A stretch of 64,000 nt of DNA from Chiloscyllium plagiosum. Its lineage: Eukaryota. The translations under genes were made by a program, and so were the position numbers. Position 1 is the stretch's first letter. Every line of letters starts with the position of its first letter. The notes beneath the pieces are model-generated. The model was given only the letters and a program-made list of their open reading frames with translations. It made no database searches and had not been told where the DNA came from. The stretch is from positions 7,182,252-7,246,251 of the forward strand of contig NC_057755.1 of the NCBI RefSeq assembly GCF_004010195.1, read 5' to 3'. Shown here one piece after another: positions 53,198-64,000 of the stretch.

Positions 53198-53956
53198 TCT
53201 TCATATCTATGGGGCAGTATGTATGTTTTAAGCCATAAATCAGAATTTTCAAGAGCGCTGTGGATGCTAGGAGCAGTACGAGGCTATTGTGACGATGCTG
53301 TTCCTTTTACAAAGTTGTTTGTCCTTTTTTTGCAGAGAATTGAAAACGACACAGGTTCTGAAATGTCTGAGGCCTTGATGGATTTTAGGGTCAATTTGTA
53401 CAGAACTAACAGATACTGCCTCAGGCAGAACGCTTTCACGTTTGAAAAAATGCCACTTGTACAATGAAAAGGGAGTAGCCATTTCTCGCAGCTCAAGTAT
53501 TATTTTGGTTTGGTTGCAATGCGGGTGTGTCTCTGTGTGTGTGTGTGTACGCGCACGCACGTGTGTGTGGTGGGGGGGCAGATAGAGAGAGAGAATGAGA
53601 GAGAAAGAAGGCTGCTGGATCCCCCCTCTCTCTGTCTGACTTCATTTCTGGAAGAACTTGTATTTGATTATACCTTTTGTGCTAAGGAGTGTTCATGGGC
53701 ACGTATTTTCGAACAGCACCATTAACTTGGGATGGTCTATTGATTTTTTTTTGGATCGGATGTTATTCTCTATTTTGTTTTCTGTTCTTTGTGTTTCATT
53801 CAATAATCTTGTAAATAAATTCTGTTGTGTTTAAAACTAAGTAATTTGTCCCGCTGATTCGCTCCTGGAATATCCACTGTACATTTTGCTTACATCAAAA
53901 AGCAAAACTGGGGTCTGTGGTACCTTCTGAGGGGTGTGGCTTGGTCCATAACAGAT

Positions 53957-53974
53957 TGGGGGTTCGTCCAGGAT
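53957..53974 (+). other. tRNA-Pro primer binding site
   Basis: TGGGGGTTCGTCCAGGAT, 16/18 match to the complement of the tRNA-Pro 3' end, 3 nt after the LTR CA. Confidence 0.8.
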
Positions 53975-54164
53975 TTGTTCTGTAGTTCCAAATTGGGGTT
54001 AGAGTTGTTAGACTCGAAGGCAGCGAGTCGTAGGTGTTAGGCTATTTTAGTCTGGGTGTTGATATGGTTGAGGAGAAAGTGAGGTCTGCAGATGCTGGAG
54101 ATCAGAGATGGAAATGTGTTGCTGGAAAAGCGCAGCAGGTCAGGCAGCATCTAGGGAACAGGAG

Positions 54165-54200
54165 AATCGACGTTTCGGGCATTAGCCCTTCTTCAGGATT
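54165..54200 (-). ncRNA. Minimal hammerhead motif in a short PLE insert (54072-54196)
   Basis: CUGAAGA-A-GGGC(UAAU)GCCC-GAAAC-GUC; insert flanked by gat(a/t)tggttga at 54061-54071 and 54197-54207. Confidence 0.7.
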
Positions 54201-54279
54201 TGGTTGATGTGGTTGGTTTAAACAGTGCTTTGGAGAGCAATGTCTCTTTCAGTTACCAAGAGTTTTCTGGGATTGGAAG

Positions 54280-54628
54280 TGAGGGGCATGGATAGGATAA
54301 ATAGACAAAGACTGCGGTCGGGGATTCCAGAACTAGAGGGCATAAGCTCAGGGTGAGAGGGAAAGATATAAAGGAGACCTAAGGGGCAGCTTTTTCACCC
54401 AGAGGGTGGTACGTGTATGGAATGAGCTGCCAGAGGCAGTGGTGGAGGCTGGTACAATTGCAACATTTAAGAGGCATTTGGATGGGTATATGAATAGGAA
54501 GGATTTGGGGGGATATGGGCTGGGTGCTGGCAGGTGGGACTAGATTGGGTTGGGATATCTGGTCGGTGTGGACGGGTTGGGCCGAAGGGTCTGTTTCCGT
54601 GCTGTACATCTCTATGACTCTATGACTA
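54280..54628 (+). mobile_element. 5'-truncated CR1 inserted in Gypsy gag
   Basis: Aligns with 11226-11582; (ctatgact)n tail. Confidence 0.88.
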
Positions 54629-55314
54629 TAATGACCTTCAGAGTTTGCAAAGGTTGGCTAAGGCCAAGCCGCGGGAATTGGCTGGCAAGCTGATGTTGGA
54701 GCTGCCGCTTTCCATGAAGAAAGAAGAGATCATTACAGCAGTAACTCAGCAGTAGTATTTGCATTTGTTGGAAACACCATCAGAATCGTTAGAGATAGCT
54801 AAAATTCAATTCCAAATTAAACAGCTTGAATTAGAGGCATAAGACAAGGAATTACAATTAATAGGAGAAGAGAGAGCAAAAGTGAGAGAGTTTGAACTTC
54901 AGAACTTTGCACTTAGACAGGAGTACAAAAATCTGCTTTCTGAAGTAGGGAAAACTCGTGTGGAAGAGAAGTGAGTTAAAACAGCAAGATTAACAGCTGT
55001 AATGGCTAATGATTATGAATTGATTCATAAAGCAAAGTTTGGTTTCTGTAATCATAAGGGGAGGCCGTTCCATTGTTGTTTTATCACTGGACTTCAGACC
55101 AAAGTAATGTTCTGGGAATCCGGGTTCGAACCCGGGAGGGCAAATGGTGGAAGTTGAATTCAATAGAAATCTGAAATTAAAAGCGTGTGATGACTGAAAG
55201 TCGATTGTTGTAAAAAGCCACCTGGTTCACTAATGTCTTTGGGGGAAGGAAACTGCTGTCCTTACCTGGTCTAGCCTACATGTAACTCGAATGCCACAAT
55301 AGCATGATTGATTA

Positions 55315-55619
55315 GTTTACTTTACAGTGCGGAAACAGGCCCATTGGCCCAACAAGTCCACACCGCCCCGCCGAAGTGCAACCCACCCATACCCCTACAT
55401 TTACCCCTTACCTAACACTACGGATAATTTAGCATGGCCAATTCACCTAACCTGCACATCTTTGGACTGTGGGAGGAAACCGGAGCTCCCGGAGGAAACC
55501 CACGCAGACACGGGGAAAATGTGCAAACTTCACACAGTCAGTCTCCTGAGGCGGGAATTGAACCCGGGTCTCTGGTGCTGTGAGGCAGCAGTGCTAACCA
55601 CTGGGCCACCGTGCCACCC
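55315..55619 (-). mobile_element. HE1-like SINE nested in a second SINE family (~55055-55700, +)
   Basis: Reverse complement of the 52907 type; host element has a gggttcgaaccc B-box and resumes at 55621. Confidence 0.8.
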
Positions 55620-56434
55620 GGATTGACTCTTAACTACCGGCTAGAATGGGCAATAAATACTGGTTAACCAGCGATGCCCACATCCTGTGAATGAGTAAAA
55701 AAAAGTACACGAGGGATAGAAATGGGGAAAAGGGAAATCCTCACGTGGAAAGGGAAAGGTCGATCTCAGAGAAGACTTACAACAGAACATTTTATCCAAA
55801 CAAAATACTCCCCCACCGATGCGATTGGATAATTGAGGTTCCATTTCCTGAGCTAACATCAGTTTTGAAGAAAGATCATTGCAGCAGAAACGTTAGCTCC
55901 TTTTCTGTTTTGACAGATGCTGCCAGATGTACTGAGTTTCTCAAGCAATTTCTACTTCCGTTCCAAACTTCTAGTGTTAGGGGCGGCAAGGTGCCTCAGT
56001 GATTAGCACTGCTGCCTAACAGTGCCATGGACCGTGGGTTGAATTCCAGCCTCAGGCGACTGTCTGCGTAGGTTTCCTCTGGGTGCTCTAGTTTCCTCCC
56101 ACAATTCAAATATGTGCAGGTTAGCTGAATTGGCCATACCAACCCGCTGTGAAGTTGTTGGGCCAAAGGTCCTGTTTCCACACTGCAGGGATTCTATGAT
56201 AATTTACTGTTTTATTGAGCAGTTCAGACGGTCAGCAAATCCTGATAACGTCAGCGACTCTTCACATTTTATCAAAGAGCAAGTTAAACAGTATGACTGC
56301 TGTGCATGTTTCTTTTTCCAGTTAGTCAGATGATTGAAGCAGCATTATGTTTTGTCTTGCTGACACACAACTGGAACCTGAGTCTGACTCCAATTAGTGC
56401 AGGAATGGTAATTGGTCAACGGTCTAAGCCCAGA

Positions 56435-56436
<2 letters not shown>

Positions 56437-56469
<33 letters not shown>
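56437..56469. repeat. (TAT)n microsatellite
   Basis: Direct read. Confidence 0.9.
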
Positions 56470-56470
<1 letters not shown>

Positions 56471-56676
56471 TAATAATCATCTATGATTTCTGATCAATGG
56501 CATTAGGGATGAGAAAGTGGGTCAAAACCACCCGCAGTAGATGAAGAAGGAAATGATATCAAATGTGATGATAACTAAGAATTTCAGTGAAGTGTACTCG
56601 AAAAGAGACCCCCAACTTATCAATATCACCAGACGCCGATCGCTCTCGGATCTCGATGATCCATGCGATCACTCAC

Positions 56677-56770
56677 AAGGAGTGACTCCCTTTTCTTTGA
56701 ACTGGTTGCAAACGTAAATCCCAGCGTCTCAGTAGCAACTCCTGTTTTCTTTGTATGTCCTTCAATGTAC
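56677..56770 (-). pseudogene. Next exon of the same NTPase (switch I/G2 region)
   Basis: tatag|G...CTT|gtgagt; 94 nt, YIEGHTKKTGVATETLGFTFATSSKKRESLL. Phase matches the previous exon but the junction codon is TA|G (stop). Confidence 0.82.
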
Positions 56771-59349
56771 CTATAATTTTCAATGATTTGACATGCAAAT
56801 ATCATTTTTAAAGTCTGCGTGTTTTGCAACATTAGATGATTGCTGAGAAAATACACATTTTGTTTAAAAGGTTTGACTTGCTGTCATCAGGATAATTAGC
56901 AAGACGTATCAAGAGAAAGGGACAACAGCACCTTACTACCCTTAGAAGAGACAGGTCATGAGTTAAAAAAATAGACTGACTGATTGAGCAGTTGCCATGG
57001 AAAATGAACCAGTTAGGTGATGACTGAAAGTTAATTGTTTAATTATTAACGCAGGCGGATGGGTTAAGGTTTTCAAAGGCTTTGCATTGAGAAATGAGAC
57101 TGAAAACGGATGTCATCTATTGAGTTGTACTGAAACAGGCACAATGTGTGCACATGTTCTTTCTGACTGATCATGGTCAAGTTGTTCTGGAAGAATGTTA
57201 TTTCTATTCTCACATTTACTGGAATGAACAAAGTGAAGATATTGAGACCGACATTCAGCATTACTGAGATGAGCAGGGGCAAGGGGAACCCGAACATAAA
57301 TAGCCAGTATTACTGAGAGGAACAGAGACAATGAGAACGCTGACAGAATCAGAGGCAGTAGGGATGATGCATTAGTGTATAAATATAATGAGATGAATGT
57401 ACACTGTGAGTGCTCTCATTCAGGTAGTCAGCATCAGCTGGACAGGCAGAGGATTTGAGTATCACTGGATAGCAATAATTAGAGGAACAGACAAGAAAAA
57501 GAACTATGGGACCCATGAACATGTGTATTCCAGTACAACGCTTTTAACTTTATCTTTACATCACCATTCCGGTTTTGAGATTATATTGGCACTCAGCTTT
57601 CTTTATTTTCTCTTGCACCTTTGGCTGTGGGGTGATGGCAACATTGTGGTATATTCCCGCACTCTCTGATATGGCCATGACATTTTCAACATCTTCGCTT
57701 GCCAGAGGCATTATGACCCTCATGTTAAATCACCACCAGTCGTCTTTCTATAATGAGAGGGCCGCCCTCTGGTCTGGTGAGACGATAGCGACTTTACATT
57801 TATAGACTTTGGGTAATTGTTTCTGCATCCTATTCCCAGCTTGACATTGGTTCTACCTCGAGTGAAAGGAATCCCACCAGCATTTGCAGATCTCCCAGCA
57901 TAAATACCAGGTCCTGTCTATTGGAAGTATAACACAGAAATGTGTATCTCTCCCAGCAGATCTTTAGCCTCATATTCCATCCAACAATCTGACAGTCCTG
58001 GTGAGCACTGGAACATGGAACTGAGGACAGTGTTGAGATTTCTGATCTCGATGAACTGATTTTAAGCTTCCTTCAGAACTCCCTGGATTTTCTTTCCCAA
58101 CCATACTCGACAATTCCCTGTGTCATTGACTGAAACAAGCAACATAATGCCTGAATGATCGCCCTCCCATTCGGGAGATGTCCTGGAGCCCTGCAGTGAT
58201 AGTCTTGGTCTTGGCACCTGAGAGACAGCACACCATGCCACGTTTAAAATATCTAACCTATGTCCTGATGATGGAATCACCAATAACTATTCCAAACCCT
58301 ATCTTGCTTCACCTCCTCGCCTATACATTTCAATTGGCCATACCATCATGGGTGTACTATGGCTGCACTTGCATGGGGAGCCATTGCCCTCATCAGTTCC
58401 CAACTGGATTATGGATAATTAAGGTAAACTAAGGAGGGCTCGTGCACTGCTTGCCTGCTGTTCTCAGAAAATCTCATGATCAGGTTGTCCCTTTCTGCCC
58501 TAACGTTGATAATTTACGGATAAACAGCTGCCCACATGTGGTCTCCAGGTATACTGGGCGGAAATCAATGACAACAACTGCTATTTCGTATCCAGAATCC
58601 AGACATTAAAGTTTTACAGACGGTGACACTGCTGCAGGTGTGTTTATCTGGGAGACACATAATGTACAATAATTAAAACATACTGCAGAATGTAAACTGC
58701 ACTCGGCCCTTCCGTCATGTGATACCCTAAATCTACAAACTAGTTATTCCCACCGGAATCAGTAGGAACCTGCAATGAATGTTTGACAAACTTTTGCCAA
58801 GTTTGCAAATGACAGAAAAATAAGTGGGAATATAAGTGGTGGCGCTTGAACACATAGCTGAGGGCGCTGCCAAGTGTCCCGCAGCTGCTTTGTTCCAGCA
58901 AAGTATGCAGCAACAATTTGAAACTGAGAGATGGAATTTCCATTCTGTAACCAGCAATATTCCTGAATCCACAGTCATTACTTTCACTGGATACACTGAC
59001 TGACGTCTCAGCTTGTTTTAATTTTCTGCCCACGATCGCCTGATCTGGTATAATTTATCAAATAAGAATATTTTTCTTATTTTAACACGTTTTGCTCTGT
59101 TTTATTTACTGCTCTGTTACAATAAAATGCATATTTTGTTTCATTTTTCACAAGTCACCCCTTCAAAGAAAGAGTAAATTAGTCAAAGCATGCCAAATGT
59201 TTATGAATGCGTGTGATCTGCTGAGGAATGACGCTTATGGCTCAGGTGGACATCTATATTCAGTGAATACTCTTCAAACATTTCTAGTGAATGTATCCGG
59301 CCCAGTTTTCGTCAGTAACACAACTCAAACATGAAATTGGCCTGCTCAC

Positions 59350-59461
59350 TAATTGATGAAGGAGCTCTTCCCAGCTGAGTGATTGCCTATCAGCATCACT
59401 CTGATCTTCTTCCTTGGAGTCAAAAGTCTGAGGCCTAGCTGCTTGGTGATCCCCATCAGTC
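59350..59461 (-). pseudogene. Exon of EHD/dynamin-type P-loop NTPase with Walker A (probable pseudogene)
   Basis: tag|GA...TA|gtgagc; 112 nt encoding (G)LMGITKQLGLRLLTPRKKIRVMLIGNHSAGKSSFIN, with GxxxxGKS after a hydrophobic strand. Confidence 0.85.
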
Positions 59462-60529
59462 CTACCGAGAGCAATTTGAAAAAAAAACACAGAAATTTGA
59501 TTTTATATCCATGAAAATTATACCTCTTGGTGAATAACATGAATATGATTACTTTCGTTAGAACTCAGTTGACTGATTTTCCCTTGACAGCAACAATTTA
59601 CTAACATTGCATCATTTTCACTTTGCTGCTATAACATAGCGTGTAGCTTAATGAACAAAATGGCTCGATTAAACAGAAAGAATAAATATCTGTTCCCTTT
59701 TGATCTGCTTTAAGTCAAAAATTAAGAAAGGTGTAAGGGTAATTGAGTGATGGTCATATCTAGTGACATACGTTGCCAATTTATTTTCATTCTAATTGGT
59801 CCTATCCGGCAGAAAAATAGAGATTCTGCAATTCTGAACCTTAATCACAGAAGTATGATTGCTTCCATAACAAAATGAGGCATTAGTTTCTGCTAAATCT
59901 CATTCCCTTAACACTTGAGTGCGTCTTTAAGTACATTTTTTAGACTTTACAGCTCGGACAATGAGACAAAAAGTGATCTTCAACTGATGTAATAGTCTTA
60001 TCCCTGTTTTTGTCTCTCAGCCTCTCTCCTTCTCTCCAATCATAAGTGTGTTATCTGTAGGTTATGTTCGTACACCTGTAAATTTAATTCCAATTTGTAT
60101 TATAATCACAATCTCTCCACTTTATCCATGCCATTTATGTTATTCTTCACTGAAGAATCATGAACCAATTTATTGTAGGTAACTTCATATGTCGAGTTTA
60201 ATAGGTAATACAGCAGAAAAAGATAACAAATGCCAGTTTTCCATTATTATAATTGTTCACAAGAGTAAAACTCAATAGTTGCTTGTAAGCACACTGAAAC
60301 GTTTAAGATATTGCTGCACAAAAGTACTTGGGCTTACACATACAAGATAACAAGCGAAGTATAACATCACACTTTTTAATAATTGAGCAAGTCCATGATC
60401 ATCTTGAATGGCGTAACAGGCGCGAGGGATTGAATGACTCACTCTTGCACTAAAGACACATCATTTGTTATTACACTTTTTATGACATGTAAGATGGTGA
60501 TTTGATACGATGACATAAGACTTTATTAA

Positions 60530-61250
60530 AATTAATCTTAAAACAAGATGAATGGTACAACTTTGAATGGCGTATAGGAGCAGAGAGACTTCAGAGTTCA
60601 TGTGCATGATTCTCTGGTGGTGGTCAGGCAGTTTGGCACATATAAGAAAAAAATGGTAGAGTCCTGGCGAGAGTGCAAAGCGGATTTGTGAGAATAATCA
60701 CAAGAATGAGGGATATTAAATACAAGGAAATATTAGAGAGATTGGACTTAATATTCTTGGCGCATAGAAGATTTCGAAGGGATTTTATTGAATTGTTCAA
60801 AAGCATGAACAATTTGGATTTGGTAAAGGAGGAGATTCCATTTCCATCAGGATCACAATTTCATGACTACCATCAAGAAAGGTAGCAGTGAGATGACGAA
60901 AAATAGAACAAACGAACTGCAGATGCTGGAAATCGGAAACACTCATAGAAATTGCTGGAACAACTCAGAACATCCGCCAGCTTCTGTGTAGAGAAAGCAG
61001 GGTTAATGTTTCTTGTCCAGTGACACTCCTTCAGATGAGAAGAAACGTTTTTAATCAAAAATTCACAATGCGATACTTGAGAGAGTGCTGGAGATAGATT
61101 CTATGCAAGGTTTCAAAAGAGAGTTGATATATATTTGAAAGTGATGAATTCATGGGTACCAAGATAGGACTGGAGAATGAGACGAGCTGGATAGATTTTT
61201 CAGGAGTGAGTATGAACATGATGGGTCAAATGGTCCTATCTATGATTCTT
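60530..61250 (+). mobile_element. Old CR1 3' end with a PLE-derived insert (~60895-61035)
   Basis: VQSGFVRII..YKEILERLDL remnant. Confidence 0.6.
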
Positions 61251-61994
61251 TGGGTGCACCCTTAGTTTACTTTCAAAAGAATGATGACGTTGTGTTGCAC
61301 AGTGCACGACAGAAGCGAGTTGCATTTGATTCGGAAATGAACGGGTTCTCTCAGAATAGAAATTACAGTAAATTGCCCAAAAACTCGCTAGAATGTAAAA
61401 AATTTCATGTTGATCAAAATGAAATATATTAGTTTGACAGACATTTAAAGTGTAGACACTGAGAAGTTGAATCTCACATTTGAGAAATGTATCGCCTGGG
61501 GTCATGGTGAGAGGATATGTGTTCGATCATGCACCCCTGACATGAGAAACCAAATCCTAAAATGAGTCATTGACTGGATTCTGAATGATTGTAACTCTGC
61601 ATAAGTGTGGATAATCAAATGTGATCATTTTTAAGCCTTAGCTGGGCTTAAGGAGTCGGGGGATTTGGAGTGAACTCAGATACTTAAAGGCATGTCTAAT
61701 CATCATCAGTTGTTAGATTGAGCTAGTTTGAGAAAATCCATGATCCTCTTACATTCACATTTCCAATGTATTTACTCTGAATCGAACCGCTCTCAAAATC
61801 TCTGCCTCTTTAATTTTTTTTAATACTTTGATTGGAAGGTTTCCAAATTCTTGTCATCTCCTCTTATTGGACATGTCACTCCCTTTGTCCACAATCAGTA
61901 AAGCACATATTTCTCACTGGATCCTTCATTCAAGAAACTGCTAATCTCTGTAGGACTCTCACTCGTTTGCTCCCCCTGTATACATCTTCTCCAT

Positions 61995-62210
61995 GCTGAA
62001 AGTGTGTTGCTTGAAAAGCGCAGCAGGTCAGCCAGTATCCAAGGAGCAGGAGAATCGACGTTTCGGGCATGAGCCCTTCTTCAGGAATGAGGGCTCATGC
62101 CCAAAACGTCGATTCTTCTGTTCCTTGGATGCTGCCTGACCTGCTGCACTTTTCCAGCAACACATTTTCAGCTCTGATCTCCAGCATCTGCAGTCCTCAC
62201 TTTCTCCTCG
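61995..62210. mobile_element. Palindromic PLE-derived insert with 14-bp TSD
   Basis: TSD tacatcttctccat at 61981-61994 and 62211-62224; hammerhead core on the minus strand at 62052-62088. Confidence 0.82.
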
Positions 62211-62519
62211 TACATCTTCTCCATACTCACTCTGGTAATTCCAGTCTGTGTGAACCATCGGCATATTTCATTCTTTTGTACATTTCACGTCGATTAAATC
62301 ATCGTTTAAATGTCATTAGTATTCCTGCACTTTTATCGATGTCCAGCTTTTTTTTAGCATCGTGGAGATCCCGTGACTTTAAAGCAGGAAGCGCACTAAA
62401 ATTTGTGGTCAAATGCACAGCTCAGATTTCAACATGTAACATGTCACACAGGGAGACATATTGATAGAATTGGAGAAATTCTATATAAATCCTTATAACA
62501 GAACATGAAGCTCTTTTAG

Positions 62520-62855
62520 GAGTGTGTCAGTGAGAAAGAGAGAGATGATATGTGTTTGTCTGTTTGATTCGTTGTGTGTGTGATAGTATTTGTATGGGAG
62601 TGTGTGATTCTTCGTGTGTTTGTGATTATCTTGATGTGAGTGTGAATGTGAATGCATGAGTGTATGTTTATTTTTGTGAGTGCGCGCGAGTCAATAAATG
62701 AATGAGTAAGCCAGTTAGTGAGTCAGTGTGTGTGAATGTGATTGTGTATGTATGAGAGTTCATGTGTGTGCATTGTGCGTGAGTGACTTGAAAGCGAGCA
62801 AGCATGAGTGAGTGCGTGTGCTTGTGTGCATGTTTATGTGAGAGACAGTGTGAAA
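62520..62855. repeat. Degenerate TG-rich low-complexity tract
   Basis: Direct read. Confidence 0.75.
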
Positions 62856-64000
62856 GAAAATCTAATATTGCATTTATGAGTGCCTTTGCTCCACAATTCT
62901 AAGTGATAGTGCTCCAAATGTCCTGTTGAATGCAGCATTACAGAGTTCAGCTGCAGCTAATATATGTTTCACGATACCTGGGAACCGAATGACTCGAGCT
63001 GCCAGTTGCTGCCTTTTAAGCATGGCAGCGAGGAACACAACTGCTCACTATAAGCACATGTAAAATATCCTCCATTCTCGGGGGAATGGGGTGGGAGTGC
63101 TCCTGTGATGAAGTGGTAAATGTTCCTACTTCTGAGTCAGCAGATGTGGATTTAAGCCCTTCCTGCTCCAGAGGGTGCTATGATGTTCCTGAACAGATTG
63201 ATTAGAAAATATTTACAAGCTCACTACTCTCCCAGTACAGGCAGGCCCCAAGTTCCCTTGCCCTGACTTGAATCCGTGTGGAGTAAGTGACGTTCGTTGA
63301 GAATGTTCTCGTTAATGGAGAGGCATAAACTATCCAGAGGGTTTGAACTGGCCCTATGTCTCAGGAATTCTGACATAATGTTTGTGCTGGAAATGTGGCA
63401 GATAAACTCAGACTGAGCAGTCTTGCTCAGAGAAGACCAGCCATCATACTGGCACAGTCCATAAACCCAGCAAAGTCGTGGTGAGTGACGGGATGTGTGT
63501 CCGAGCCCACTTGGTACTCATTGCGTGTTTCTGTCCATCGGGATGGCTACATTGCAACAGCAGTTCAACTCTCGGTTTTCTGAGCTAAAAAAAATGGTCT
63601 TGTTATCACTTTAATTGATGCCGCTCATAATACAATCCAGTGGTGAAATTAAATCTGATGATCTTTCACTTTTCAAGATGTAGCCCATGTTTTGGAATTA
63701 GGGTCATAAGAGCAACATGAGACCGTTCAGCCCCTTGTGCTTGTTCTGGCATTCAATGCGTTCATGCTCATCAGAGGCATAACACGATAGGGTTTTAAAA
63801 CTGTATTCATAGGGCATTGGCATCACCGGCAAGGTAAGAATTTATTGCTCACAGGGCAATTCAGAGTCAATCACGTTGCTGTGGATCTGGAGTCACACGT
63901 AGGCCAGAGCAGTTGAGAATACCTGAAGGGCGTGAGAGGACTAGATGTATGTCTTACGGACAATGATTTCGTGGCGATCATTAGGCTCATAATTCCAGAT

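Larger units (their letters stand above)
53288..55770 (+). mobile_element. Second Gypsy remnant: 5' LTR (53288-53953), PBS and interrupted gag
   Basis: TGTGACGAT...ATAACA termini; gag ATG 54240 (MSLSVTKSFLGLE) resumes after a CR1 at 54629 (LQRLAKAKPRELAGKLMLELPLSMKKEEIITAVTQ ... AKIQFQIKQLELE); a further gag-like piece at ~55711-55770. Confidence 0.75.

Noticed and set aside
54197..54200. Compensatory stem I change (AAUC/GAUU) in the 54165 hammerhead
   Set aside because: These bases belong to the target-site duplication, so the pairing may be coincidental.
57073..57669. Hydrophobic short ORFs as a second GPCR
   Set aside because: No 7TM motifs or consistent splice structure; lies in the NTPase intron.
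62231..62420. Minus-strand segment ending in a gtgagt donor as the first NTPase exon
   Set aside because: In-frame stop and no recognisable similarity.
1..64000. CRISPR array or prokaryotic operon or defence system
   Set aside because: Spliceosomal introns and vertebrate TEs throughout; no regular repeat-spacer array.

Overview
Repeat-rich eukaryotic genomic DNA, inferred to be a cartilaginous fish (shark-like) from its HE1-like SINEs, dense CR1 LINEs, Penelope-like elements (PLEs) and a GPR139-like receptor. Host genes: (1) an apparently intact two-exon class A GPCR of the GPR139/GPR142-like type on + (exon 1 33237-33303, absent from the ORF track; exon 2 40661-41568; 324 aa); (2) three minus-strand exons (59350-59461, 56677-56770, ~52394-52553) of an EHD/dynamin-type P-loop NTPase that looks pseudogenised, with a TAG stop formed across a splice junction. 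The rest is mostly nested decayed transposons: a Gmr1-like Gypsy element with PR-INT-RT-RH order and a SCAN-like gag (7799-18880), a second related LTR/PBS/gag remnant, a solo LTR, another Gypsy pol fragment, two Tx1-like LINE ends, many CR1 fragments, PLE fragments and SINEs. Most notable non-coding signal: several PLE-derived minimal hammerhead ribozyme motifs with different but still paired stem II sequences, often lying at the fold-back point of short TSD-flanked palindromic inserts. There are also rearrangement scars, including a CR1/gag junction present twice 43 kb apart. Nothing here is a demonstrably new system. Repeat boundaries are approximate and family names come from recalled motifs, not database searches.
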